From NCBI GenBank assembly GCA_048499675.1, contig JASNZL010000006.1, positions 2,089 through 66,088 of the forward strand: a stretch of 64,000 nucleotides of DNA, written 5' to 3'. Below the pieces are notes generated by a model that did not search any database, was not told where the DNA came from, and saw only the letters and a list, made by a program, of their open reading frames with translations. A program made the translations under genes and the position numbers. Shown one piece after another: positions 1 through 8,636 of the stretch. Within the stretch, counting starts at the first letter, position 1; every line of letters begins with the position of its first letter. Source of the DNA: Candidatus Zambryskiibacteriota bacterium (GTDB taxonomy: Bacteria > Patescibacteriota > Minisyncoccia > Phycocordibacterales > WO2-35-19).

Positions 1-355
1 TTGGATTAATATTAGAATTATAGAAGGCAAATTGACACTACATATGATGCAAAGATCAGGCGATGTCCCTGTTGGTGTGCCTTCAAACATGGTTCAATAT
101 GGAGCCCTCGCAATGGCTATTGCCCACGTAACAAACACCACGGCCCACGAATACGTGCACAGTATTTCTGACGCTCATATTTATGTCGACCAAGTTCCAG
201 CAGTAGAAACAATGCTTGAGAGAGAGCCTAGAGCTTTCCCCACCCTAACAATCAATAAAGATAAAAATAACTTGTTTGATTTTAGAAAAGAAGATTTCGA
301 ATTAAGTGACTATAATCCGCATCCTGGAATCAAAGGAATTCCTGTAGCAATTTAA
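1..355 (+). CDS. thyA: Thymidylate synthase ThyA, C-terminal part (5' end lies outside the window)
   Basis: The open frame runs from the window edge. The translation ...KLTLHMMQRSGDV...DYNPHPGIKGIPVAI matches the conserved ThyA C-terminus (QRSxDxxLGxPFNIASYALL...PHPxIKAPVAI). Confidence 0.85.
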   Translation, partial: WINIRIIEGKLTLHMMQRSGDVPVGVPSNMVQYGALAMAIAHVTNTTAHEYVHSISDAHIYVDQVPAVETMLEREPRAFPTLTINKDKNNLFDFRKEDFELSDYNPHPGIKGIPVAI

Positions 356-359
356 TAAA

Positions 360-842
360 ATGAGTGATTCAAATAAATACATAAATTTAAGAGCCGTTAG
401 AAGAGAGGACCAGAGAGTTGTAATGGAGGAGATAAAAAAACAAGAACACTGTCCTTTTTGTATAGAAAACTTGTCTAAGTATCACAAAAACCCAATCTTA
501 AAAGAAGGCAAATTTTGGCTTTTAACAGAAAATCAGTGGCCTTATGAAAAGGTCAAACATCAACTTCTTGCGATTTACAAAACTCACATAGAGCACATAA
601 AAGATATGGACCCCGAAGCGGGCAAAGAACTGATTGAATTTTTTAGTGAAGAAGCTGAAAAAAGAAATATAGAAGGTGGAGGTTTGGCAATAAGATTTGG
701 AAAGAGTACTAACGGAAACTACGGCAGTAGTGTGCTTCATATTCATGCCCACCTTGTAGAACCAGATTTGGAAAAACTTGAGGAAAGCGAAGCTTGGAAA
801 TTCAAATTCGGAGAACCAAAAAACTATAAAAAGAAAGTTTGA
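360..842 (+). CDS. HIT-family (histidine triad) nucleotide hydrolase/transferase
   Basis: HIHAHLV histidine-triad motif near the C-terminus and a CPFC zinc-binding pair. A hairpin terminator follows at 853-880. Confidence 0.6.
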   Translation: MSDSNKYINLRAVRREDQRVVMEEIKKQEHCPFCIENLSKYHKNPILKEGKFWLLTENQWPYEKVKHQLLAIYKTHIEHIKDMDPEAGKELIEFFSEEAEKRNIEGGGLAIRFGKSTNGNYGSSVLHIHAHLVEPDLEKLEESEAWKFKFGEPKNYKKKV

Positions 843-852
843 TATAAGACAA

Positions 853-880
853 AGGTCTCGCTCGCGCGAGACCTTTTTTA
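853..880 (+). terminator. Rho-independent terminator
   Basis: Perfect hairpin aggtctcgc-tcgc-gcgagacct followed by a T-run. Confidence 0.7.
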
Positions 881-908
881 AAAAAATCCCAATTACCTTC
901 TTGAGTAA

Positions 909-1499
909 CTACAATTTGTCTTGAACAAGTTGATACTCTTCTAGAGTTAGCACCCTAGAAAGGGGAACCCCCTCTTCATCCGCAACTCGGCACTTCTCAA
1001 AAATTTGAAGTATCCGGAGTTTTCTCAATAAGTCCTCCCCAGACTTAGCAATCGTCACTTCCACCCTATCATTACCTGTAGGCATATGAAAATTAAAGTG
1101 AAGATGGGGCACACTCTTGGCGTTCCTTGCAGGGTCTCCGGTGCGGACCAACCACACTCCGTCCCCGCCAACACCAAGAATTCTGTTTGCCCATTGCAAC
1201 ACCTCTCGAAAATCAATCCATTCTTCAGGAGTGAGGTCTAAAATGTTTTCAACGTGACGCTTAGACGGCGCCACAAGCTGACATTTCTGACCAGAACGCG
1301 GAGCCACATCATTCTTCCAAAGAAGCCATGACCCATTTTCAAAGAGGATCTTGTTCCGATCTGTGTCTATCTGACAGAACGGACATTTACCCGTCCTGAG
1401 ATCTAGAACGGTTTGTTTGTAATATCGGTAGTTGCTTGTGTTGAACAACCGCCAAATATCCTCCGGCTTTACACCTGGGACAGAAAATTTTGGGTACAT
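909..1499 (-). CDS. HIT-family protein (Ap4A phosphorylase/GalT-like), GC-rich
   Basis: HLHFNFHMP histidine-triad motif and a CPFC motif. GC is about 48-50%, well above the flanks. Confidence 0.55.
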   Translation of the reverse strand: MYPKFSVPGVKPEDIWRLFNTSNYRYYKQTVLDLRTGKCPFCQIDTDRNKILFENGSWLLWKNDVAPRSGQKCQLVAPSKRHVENILDLTPEEWIDFREVLQWANRILGVGGDGVWLVRTGDPARNAKSVPHLHFNFHMPTGNDRVEVTIAKSGEDLLRKLRILQIFEKCRVADEEGVPLSRVLTLEEYQLVQDKL

Positions 1500-1529
1500 T
1501 CCCTTATCCTTTCTGGGGACAGAATACCA

Positions 1530-2369
1530 CTACTTACCACCCAAGTCAACATATATAATCTCTACCCCTTTGCTTCGGAGAATTGTCTCCTGATCGAGCA
1601 ATTGGTAACCCCCACCATAATATAATTTTTTAATACCGGAAAAAGCTATCTGCTTTGCACAAGTTGGACAAGGGAAAATACTTACATAAATTGACGAACC
1701 CTCGAGGGAAATTCCTCTCTTTGCCGATTCTGCTATCAGGCGAGCTTCTGAATGAATAGAGGTGGAGTATTCAATCCCTATACCTTTATGTAAAGTATTC
1801 CTAGGGTCTCCATCAGCATAGGGAGAATGTTGACTCGGCAAATGCTCGTTGTGTGCAAACATAATAATCTCGTTGTCCTTCACAATCGCTGATGATATTC
1901 TTCTCCACCAATCACTACTCTTTTCTGCCTCAGTTCTAAGTTTTTTTATAACTTCTCTGTCAAAATCCTCTTTAGAAATTTTTTGGTCTGCCTCTACTGG
2001 TCTCTCCTCCATCGCTTTGTGTTTATCCCATCGTAAAAAAATGCTATCAAAAGCAACTGTCTTGTCTTTGAAATATTCCTCCGCAAACAGCTTGCACACA
2101 TCTTCGTCTGGCATCACTATTTGTGAAGCTTCTATTTTTTTTATATCCCCCTCTTCCAGTATTTCTACTTTTTTAAAAATACCCCAACCAAGAACAGACT
2201 TCTTCACCAATTCTGGCGCAAGCTGACGAATTTCTTTTGCTAGATAATCGTATTTTTTTATAATAGAATCACCAAAAATATATAGCGCGTCCGCATCCTT
2301 ATTTTTATCAAATAATTTTAAATAGCCATTATGAAGTACTGGGACATAACAAATCAAAATCTTATTCAT
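1530..2369 (-). CDS. Two-domain protein: unknown N-terminal domain fused to a dCMP/cytidine deaminase domain (ComEB-like)
   Basis: C-terminal HSEARLIAE...PCPTCAKQI is the zinc-dependent CDA/dCMP deaminase signature (H-A-E ... PCxxC). It sits in thymidylate context next to thyA and folA. Confidence 0.7.
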   Translation of the reverse strand: MNKILICYVPVLHNGYLKLFDKNKDADALYIFGDSIIKKYDYLAKEIRQLAPELVKKSVLGWGIFKKVEILEEGDIKKIEASQIVMPDEDVCKLFAEEYFKDKTVAFDSIFLRWDKHKAMEERPVEADQKISKEDFDREVIKKLRTEAEKSSDWWRRISSAIVKDNEIIMFAHNEHLPSQHSPYADGDPRNTLHKGIGIEYSTSIHSEARLIAESAKRGISLEGSSIYVSIFPCPTCAKQIAFSGIKKLYYGGGYQLLDQETILRSKGVEIIYVDLGGK

Positions 2370-2374
2370 AATTC

Positions 2375-2977
2375 TTAATTTTTTAGTTCATCCAACACGT
2401 CCTGAATAGTTTTAATTAATTTAGGTGTTAATCTTTGACCAAGCTGTTTTGCTGTACTTATCTGCAATCTTCTAATTTTGGCACTAGTCGAAGTTGTCGC
2501 TTGAGGCTCAAGCACTACAACTTCGCCACAATATTTTTTTAGTTCTTTAAGTTGTTTTTTTGTGTAGGTTTCTTTTGTTGCTATAAGTGTATCTGGTTCG
2601 AGCGCTTTTATTAAACTCCATTTTGGATCTTTTAATTGTTTCAAAAATACAAGGTCTACATATTTTAAATGTGTGAGCATTTCTATTCTTTCGTTTTCTG
2701 GCACAACAGGTCTTTCTGGACCTTTCCTGTGTTTTATTTTTTCATCACTATCAAGGCCAACTACGAGCAAATCTCCTCTCTTCTTTGCTTCTCTTAAATA
2801 TCTTCCATGCCCAACGTGAATCATATCAAACGAACCCTGTGTAAGAACTATTTTCATACCAAGCTCTTTGCAATGCCCAATCAAGCTTTTTATTTTCTTG
2901 TGATCTGTCATCGCTCTACCACCCAAACTTAGGTGGGCGAAGGCTCCTTTATCTACAATATGAGAGTCTGTGTTCAT
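2375..2977 (-). CDS. Cytidylyltransferase-family nucleotidyltransferase (RibL/TagD/RfaE-domain-II-like)
   Basis: GSFDMIHVGHGRYL (the T/GxFDxxHxGH motif) and LDSDEKIKHRKGPERPVVPENERIEML...KYVD, which resembles archaeal FAD synthetase RibL and glycerol-3-phosphate cytidylyltransferase. Confidence 0.6.
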   Translation of the reverse strand: MNTDSHIVDKGAFAHLSLGGRAMTDHKKIKSLIGHCKELGMKIVLTQGSFDMIHVGHGRYLREAKKRGDLLVVGLDSDEKIKHRKGPERPVVPENERIEMLTHLKYVDLVFLKQLKDPKWSLIKALEPDTLIATKETYTKKQLKELKKYCGEVVVLEPQATTSTSAKIRRLQISTAKQLGQRLTPKLIKTIQDVLDELKN

Positions 2978-3035
2978 AGGGATATATTATTTACTTTTTT
3001 GCTCTTTTGCAAGTATGCATTATAATTCCTATATG

Positions 3036-3530
3036 AATAAACCCATAATAAGTCTTATTGCGGCCATAAGCGAAAAACAAAGAGCACTCGGTTTTAAAAA
3101 CCAATTGCTTTGGAAGATAGAAGGTGATTTGCCAAGATTTAAGGCATTAACAAGTGGACACGCTATTATAATGGGAAGAAACACTTATCTCTCTATTGGT
3201 AAACCCCTGCCCGATAGAAAAAACATAGTCATATCCCACACAAGAAAAGAAGAACTTCCTCTAAAAGAAGAGGTTATCGTGGTATCCACCCTTGAAGAAG
3301 CATTTGAAGAAGCGAAAAAAATAGAGAGTGAAGAAATATTTGTCGTTGGGGGTGGAATGGTTTATACAAGCGCAATAAAATTTGCCGACAAGTTGTATCT
3401 CACAATTGTATATGATGAACCAGAGGCAGACACCTTTTTCCCAGATTATAGCGATTTCAAAAAACTAATTTTAAAAGAAGATCATCTTGATAAAAATCCA
3501 CCTTTTTCATATTTAATTTTAGAGAGATAA
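3036..3530 (+). CDS. folA: Dihydrofolate reductase
   Basis: MNKPIISLIAAIS...LLWKIEGDLPRFKALTSGHAIIMGRNTY...VVGGGMVY matches the DHFR fold motifs. The likely start is at the internal Met of the 2970 ORF. Confidence 0.8.
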   Translation, partial: NKPIISLIAAISEKQRALGFKNQLLWKIEGDLPRFKALTSGHAIIMGRNTYLSIGKPLPDRKNIVISHTRKEELPLKEEVIVVSTLEEAFEEAKKIESEEIFVVGGGMVYTSAIKFADKLYLTIVYDEPEADTFFPDYSDFKKLILKEDHLDKNPPFSYLILER

Positions 3531-3601
3531 TGTATTTTTGGATAACTAATTTACGTAACTCATCATTTGATTAAATACTTTCTCTTTGTATAATCAGGCG
3601 A

Positions 3602-4625
3602 ATGAAAAGAAAAAGAGTTTGGGAACTCGGGGAAATACTTCAAAAAATCGCTTCAAAAATAGAAGCGAAGGTTTTGCTTGAACCCAACTGGAAAACAGTT
3701 GGAAGAATTGTTTTCAAAAACGGCAAACATTCATATTTTAGATACAACACACTTGATATAAATCCGATGGGAGCATCTGAAATTGCAAAAGACAAAGATT
3801 ATGCCAACTTTTTCATACGAAAATTAGGTTATAAAACAGTTCCTAAAAAAGCAAGACTTTCTTCTCAAAAGATTGGTGTGTAGAGCAGTAAAGTTCCTGA
3901 TAGAGATAGACCAAGCTTTTTGTATGCAAAAAAAAATTGGCTTTCCTGTTGTAGTAAAACCAAATAGTGGAAGCCAAGGCAAGGATGTTGCTTTTGTTCA
4001 AAACAAAAAAGAGTTTTATAGAGCGCTGAATAAAATATTCCAGCGGGACAGAATTGCCATAGTTCAAAAACCTGTCTATGGCAAGGATTATAGGTTGGTT
4101 GTTTTGGACAACAGAGTCATTTCAGCTTACGAAAGAATTCCCCTATCGATTACAGGCGATGGGAAATCAAATATTTTAGAATTACTAGAGAAAAAAATAA
4201 AAAAGTTTAAGAAAGAAAAAAGAGACGTGAGAATCAAAATTAAAGATGAAAGAATCATAAACAAACTTAAACATCAAAATTTAAATCTACATTCTATTTT
4301 AAATAAAAATAAGAATATTTTCTTGCTCGATAACGCCAATCTCTCTTCTGGTGGTGATTCTATAGACGTAACAAACGTTGTAAGTAAAGAATTTAAAAAC
4401 ATTGCAGTCAGCCTCTCAAAAAAAATGGGTTTAAAACTTTGTGGCGTTGATTTAATTGTAGAAGGAAATATAAGCGACAAACCAAATAAATACTGGATTT
4501 TAGAAATAAATTCTGCTCCAGGTTTAGACAACTATGCGAAATCTGGAAGCAAACAAAAAGAAATTGTAGAAAATTTATATTTGGAGGTTTTGAAAAAGAT
4601 TGGAAAGAATAAAGTTGACTTTTAA
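3602..4625 (+). pseudogene. ATP-grasp ligase (RimK/cyanophycin-synthetase-like), split by a frameshift near 3873-3883
   Basis: Two overlapping ORFs (3602-3883 in frame 2, 3873-4625 in frame 3) together form one ATP-grasp protein: GFPVVVKPNSGSQGKDV, YRLVVLD, ILEINSAPGL. This is either a true frameshift or a sequencing indel. Confidence 0.55.
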
Positions 4626-4688
4626 TAACAAAAATGCTATAATATAGGTAGTGGTGATCTTTGACATGATTTAGAAAGGAGGTAGAAA

Positions 4689-6077
4689 ATGAGGTGGTAT
4701 ATACCCCTCTTCGTCCTTATCATCACGGCGTTCGCGCCGTGGGTGATGGAAATCAACAGGGTTGCAGGCGAACGTGATCGCCTGCAAGAGCAAATCGCCC
4801 CGCTCTACACACCGGATATGATCCGCTCGGAGTTTGAGTGGATTAAGAAGGTGGAGCGACAGTGGAGCGGTCACTCCAATGAAATTAGTTTGCCTGACGA
4901 TCCCTCTGCCTATTGGCAGTATCTGGATCGCAATTACAAGCTAGCGGATGCACTGGAACAGATTATTCGGGACAGGAAGGATTTGCGGTTTTGCGGTGAG
5001 GCTGAGTCTCGTCTCAAATCACTTCGGACCCTTTCCCCGATTAATCTCATCAACAACAACTTCACCATGAAGTTCGGCGCAGAAAAAATGATCTCTAGTA
5101 AGCCTACCGTTGCCTACTTCATTGAAAAGGAGAGGGTGGGTCGGCAGGAGATCAAAAATGACGCCATGGCCAAGTTCAGACGAGGATACCTTATAAGTAT
5201 CCCGCTGATGTTCTTGGTATTCGCCTTGATACTCTCTAACCTCGGTTTGATGATTTGGGTAGAAATACCCCGCATCATCATCGCGGCTTTGTTTTGGCCC
5301 GTTGCCTTGTTCGTCTATCCGCGCGATGTGCGGAGAAGCGAACAAGTCAAAAGAGCGATGCAATTTGTCGCTCAATTGGCCTCGGTCGCTGTCGGATTCT
5401 TCGGTGGTGGCATGACCAATATGGTGAAGGCGCAGGTCTCACCGAACGGCAAGAGCCAGACCCAATCTGGCAAAAAGGGCAACTCGACTTTTGGCTACGG
5501 CCTTGAGTTGTATCCCCAATCTTCCGGCATCGACGCCGGACTCTTGGTGAGCCCTTGGTACGCGCATTCGCATGCTCTACCAAATGGTTTCACCCTCTCC
5601 GGTTTCGGATTTGTGGAAGCTGGTGAACGCAAAAGCCAGTTATTCACGAACCACTCAATGAACTTGTCCCACGCGAAAGCCTTTGGAGCAATGTTCACAG
5701 TCGAGACCGGCGGGACAAGCGCGGGGAGTTTTGTTCAGGTAGGTCCTCGGGTTAACTTGGTCAAGATTCCGGGCTTCCCACAACAGGCAACCAAGATTGT
5801 GAAGTCGGTGGTTGCTGGCTCGTTCTGGCGAATCCGAGGCCCGACGCATTATCAGGAATGGTACCTGTCATGGGTCTCGGAGGAGGCGAAGCTCCCCGGT
5901 GGCTGGAAACTTTCCAGCGAAGGGATGATGCGCTTCCGGCCTGGACCTAGGGCGACGATAGGCCAGCCTCAGCTCATCCTTCGACATCCGAGAATTCGGC
6001 ATGTCATGCTCATGACGGAATTCTGGATCATCGGCACCCAGCCGACTATCCGTTTCGGCGTTCAGTTCGCAAATTAA
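4689..6077 (+). CDS. Hypothetical membrane protein encoded in a GC-rich (about 55%) foreign segment
   Basis: Strong RBS aaggaggtagaaaATG. There is an N-terminal TM helix and a central double TM. GC3 is very high, unlike the 33%-GC flanks. A hairpin terminator follows. Confidence 0.6.
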   Translation: MRWYIPLFVLIITAFAPWVMEINRVAGERDRLQEQIAPLYTPDMIRSEFEWIKKVERQWSGHSNEISLPDDPSAYWQYLDRNYKLADALEQIIRDRKDLRFCGEAESRLKSLRTLSPINLINNNFTMKFGAEKMISSKPTVAYFIEKERVGRQEIKNDAMAKFRRGYLISIPLMFLVFALILSNLGLMIWVEIPRIIIAALFWPVALFVYPRDVRRSEQVKRAMQFVAQLASVAVGFFGGGMTNMVKAQVSPNGKSQTQSGKKGNSTFGYGLELYPQSSGIDAGLLVSPWYAHSHALPNGFTLSGFGFVEAGERKSQLFTNHSMNLSHAKAFGAMFTVETGGTSAGSFVQVGPRVNLVKIPGFPQQATKIVKSVVAGSFWRIRGPTHYQEWYLSWVSEEAKLPGGWKLSSEGMMRFRPGPRATIGQPQLILRHPRIRHVMLMTEFWIIGTQPTIRFGVQFAN

Positions 6078-6084
6078 CACACAA

Positions 6085-6113
6085 GGGCTCTGCTTACAAA
6101 AGCAGAGCCCTTT
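6085..6113 (+). terminator. Rho-independent terminator
   Basis: gggctctgctt-acaaa-agcagagccc followed by ttt. Confidence 0.7.
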
Positions 6114-6159
6114 CCTCATCTTGTATTTATTTGTCTTCTTAATATATAATAATCTGTCC

Positions 6160-6591
6160 ATGGTAAAAAATCCAAAAGGAGTTCTAGATGGGTATGATTC
6201 ATGTATTTTATACAACCCAATGAAAGATGAGGTGGATTTTAATGAGCCAAATTTTCCTATTGAGATTCCTCGTAAAAAAATAATACTATCTCAAAATCCC
6301 GAAGTAAATCCTTTTTTGGAAGCAGAAAGATGCGTCAAAGAGTTTACAGCAGAACAAGTTTTTGTTCTGGTCCCCGGTAGAAGATTTGATATTTTTGGCA
6401 ACAGAAAAGGAAGAGGTCTTGGTTGGTATGATAGATTTCTATCAAAAATCCCAGAGAACTGGACAAAAATTGGTGTTCTATATGAAAAAGATTTAAGCAA
6501 AGAAAATCTAAAGATAAATTCTTGGGACCAAAAAATGGATATGCTTGTAATTAGAAAAGAAGACGAGTGGTTGGTAAAAAAACTTAAATAA
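6160..6591 (+). CDS. 5-formyltetrahydrofolate cyclo-ligase (MTHFS) family
   Basis: VLVPGRRFDIFGNRKGRGLGWYDRFL is the MTHFS nucleotide-binding signature (GxGxGYYD). It lies in folate-gene context. Confidence 0.65.
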   Translation: MVKNPKGVLDGYDSCILYNPMKDEVDFNEPNFPIEIPRKKIILSQNPEVNPFLEAERCVKEFTAEQVFVLVPGRRFDIFGNRKGRGLGWYDRFLSKIPENWTKIGVLYEKDLSKENLKINSWDQKMDMLVIRKEDEWLVKKLK

Positions 6592-6593
6592 AA

Positions 6594-6620
6594 AAACACT
6601 TTTATAAGTGTTTTTTTATT
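6594..6620 (+). terminator. Rho-independent terminator
   Basis: aaacacttttataagtgttt followed by a T-run. Confidence 0.6.
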
Positions 6621-6811
6621 TAAGTTTTATTTAAGATATTATCCTTTTACTTCAACCCACGCATAATTTTCTGCTGAAAATTTGCGCAATTCTTACAGAA
6701 TCTGTCCACTCATTGGATTTTTCTTCAAATAATCTCAATGAGTCTTGCGAAGCTCCAAGTATTCGCTTCTCACCCACCTCAGCTCGTCAGCTTCCGGTCG
6801 GTCGATGTTTC

Positions 6812-7231
6812 TTATTTCACATCGACCCCCATGCTTCTACATTGCCCTGCGATAATTTTGACGGCTGCCTCCAAATCATTTGCATTTAAGTCAACCATTT
6901 TGACTTGGGCTATTTCTTCAAGTTGTTTTCTTGTTATCGTACCCACCTTTTGAGATGGAGTCTTACCTGCCCCCTTTTCAATTCCTAGAGCTTTTTTTAT
7001 CAAGCTCGATGCTGGAGGAGTTTTGAGGACAAAATCAAAAGTACGGTCTTCGTATACATTTATTTCAGCCGGAACAAGTCCTTCCATGCCTTTTGTAGCA
7101 TCGTTAAATTTTGTAACGAATTCACCAATGTTAATACCCGCAGGACCAAGTGCGGTACCTACAGGAGGAGCGGGAGTTGCTTTGCCCGCCGCAATCACCA
7201 ACTTTATTTTTTTTGTTATTTTTTTTGCCAT
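6812..7231 (-). CDS. rplK: 50S ribosomal protein L11
   Basis: [35 protein letters not shown]... is canonical L11. Confidence 0.92.
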   Translation of the reverse strand: MAKKITKKIKLVIAAGKATPAPPVGTALGPAGINIGEFVTKFNDATKGMEGLVPAEINVYEDRTFDFVLKTPPASSLIKKALGIEKGAGKTPSQKVGTITRKQLEEIAQVKMVDLNANDLEAAVKIIAGQCRSMGVDVK

Positions 7232-7244
7232 TACATGACACTAA

Positions 7245-7646
7245 TTACGAATTGGCACGAATGACACGAATGGGTTTTAGGTACTTATTCCTGAAATTTA
7301 CAATCAACCCTAGCTTAAAACCACTCGCATTTAGATACCTATTCATCTGATAATAATCGTCTTTTGTAACCAAATCCTTGGCCTTAAGATCAATTAGAAG
7401 CTGTTTATTTATAACAAAGTCTACTCTATTTGTAAACTGGTTATCTACTTTGTCTACAGGCAACTCTTTCTCTCTCTCATAAGTGATCATTCTATCTTTT
7501 AAGTAATTTTCCAACATATCACCATATTGTTTCTCTCTACCGTACCTTCCCAATTTATTATGAACTTCAAATAGTATTCCTGTGATTAAATAAGATAATT
7601 CTTTGTACACAATTTTTCCTTTTTCATTTGTGTCATTCGCGTTCAT
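7245..7646 (-). CDS. GxxExxY-family protein (PD-(D/E)XK-like), inserted between nusG and rplK
   Basis: YLITGILFEVHNKLGRYGREKQY fits the GxxExxY family signature. The gene is flanked by inverted CGAATG-heptad repeats at about 7249-7275 and 7625-7662. Confidence 0.55.
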   Translation of the reverse strand: MNANDTNEKGKIVYKELSYLITGILFEVHNKLGRYGREKQYGDMLENYLKDRMITYEREKELPVDKVDNQFTNRVDFVINKQLLIDLKAKDLVTKDDYYQMNRYLNASGFKLGLIVNFRNKYLKPIRVIRANS

Positions 7647-7664
7647 TCGTGTATTGGTGTCGAG

Positions 7665-8210
7665 TTAGATTTTCTTCACCTGCAGGAAGTCTAGCTCTAC
7701 TGGAGTTTCGCGTCCAAACATCGGCACCAACACTTTTACTTTACCCCTTGCTTCATCCACTTCACCAACCTTACCTTCCAAATCCTTGAACGGACCGTCT
7801 GCAATCTTCACCGCATCATCAATTGAAAGGTCTATATTGTGTTTAACGGTCTCTGAACTCATCCTTCTAAACAACTCATCAACCTCTTTTTGCTCTAACG
7901 GCACAGGGAAAACTCCAGAACCAACGAATCCCGTAACTCTTGGAGTATTTCTAACCACATACCAAGATTCATCGGTCACAATCATATCTACCAAAATGTA
8001 TCCGGGGTATATCTTCTCCTCTTCTTCTACTCTCTTGTTTCCTTTTATTTTAATTTTCTTTTCGGTAGGAACTACAACGTCAAATATTTTGTCTTCCATA
8101 CCCAAAGACTCTATTCTTTGTTTTAGATTTCTCATAACCGCATTTTCGTAACCGGAATATGTGTGAACTGCATACCAGTTCCTTCCCTCTTGTATTTGTT
8201 GTTTAGACAT
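7665..8210 (-). CDS. nusG: Transcription termination/antitermination factor NusG
   Basis: NGN domain (WYAVHTYSGYENAV...) and a C-terminal KOW (GKVGEVDEARGKVKVLV). Confidence 0.9.
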   Translation of the reverse strand: MSKQQIQEGRNWYAVHTYSGYENAVMRNLKQRIESLGMEDKIFDVVVPTEKKIKIKGNKRVEEEEKIYPGYILVDMIVTDESWYVVRNTPRVTGFVGSGVFPVPLEQKEVDELFRRMSSETVKHNIDLSIDDAVKIADGPFKDLEGKVGEVDEARGKVKVLVPMFGRETPVELDFLQVKKI

Positions 8211-8273
8211 GTTTCAAATTAAAAATTAAAAATTAAAAAATCAAAAATAAAAATTACAATTCAAAATGTAAAA

Positions 8274-8451
8274 ATTAGACGAAGAGGGCGAGAATTCTTG
8301 AGAAAATATAGTCAAAAAGACCCAAATAAAGTGCGACCAAAATAGAGATGACAATCACCACTGAAGAAAATATTGTTGTCTGTCTTTTGGTAGGCCAATT
8401 GACATGCACAAGCTCGCCTTTTGTTTCTTTTATGTAATTTATTATGGACAT
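8274..8451 (-). CDS. secE: Preprotein translocase subunit SecE (59 aa, below the ORF-track cutoff)
   Basis: My own translation is MSIINYIKETKGELVHVNWPTKRQTTIFSSVVIVISILVALYLGLFDYIFSRILALFV. It has the SecE signature and a single TM, and sits upstream of nusG as in the conserved secE-nusG-rplK order. Confidence 0.6.
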
Positions 8452-8636
8452 AGATGTAAATTAAAAATTAAAAAATCAAAATTTAAAATTATAAGTTTAT
8501 AAAGTTACCCACCAATCCGCAAATGCATGCGAATTATAGCGAATAAGGACATTGTATAACAAAACCTATTAAAAAACCCCTTGCGGGGCCGTTTTATTAA
8601 GTTACACATTAATTATATACCCGTTCAAAAATAAAG

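Noticed and set aside
522-2226. Antisense ORFs (522-752, 1413-1625, 1849-2226) overlapping the HIT and deaminase genes
   Set aside because: They are nested opposite longer ORFs with clear motifs and have no independent evidence.
5019-5849. Several 60-118-aa minus-strand and alternate-frame ORFs inside the GC-rich gene at 4689-6077
   Set aside because: These are typical antisense open frames created by high GC. They are nested entirely within a longer ORF that has a strong RBS and terminator.
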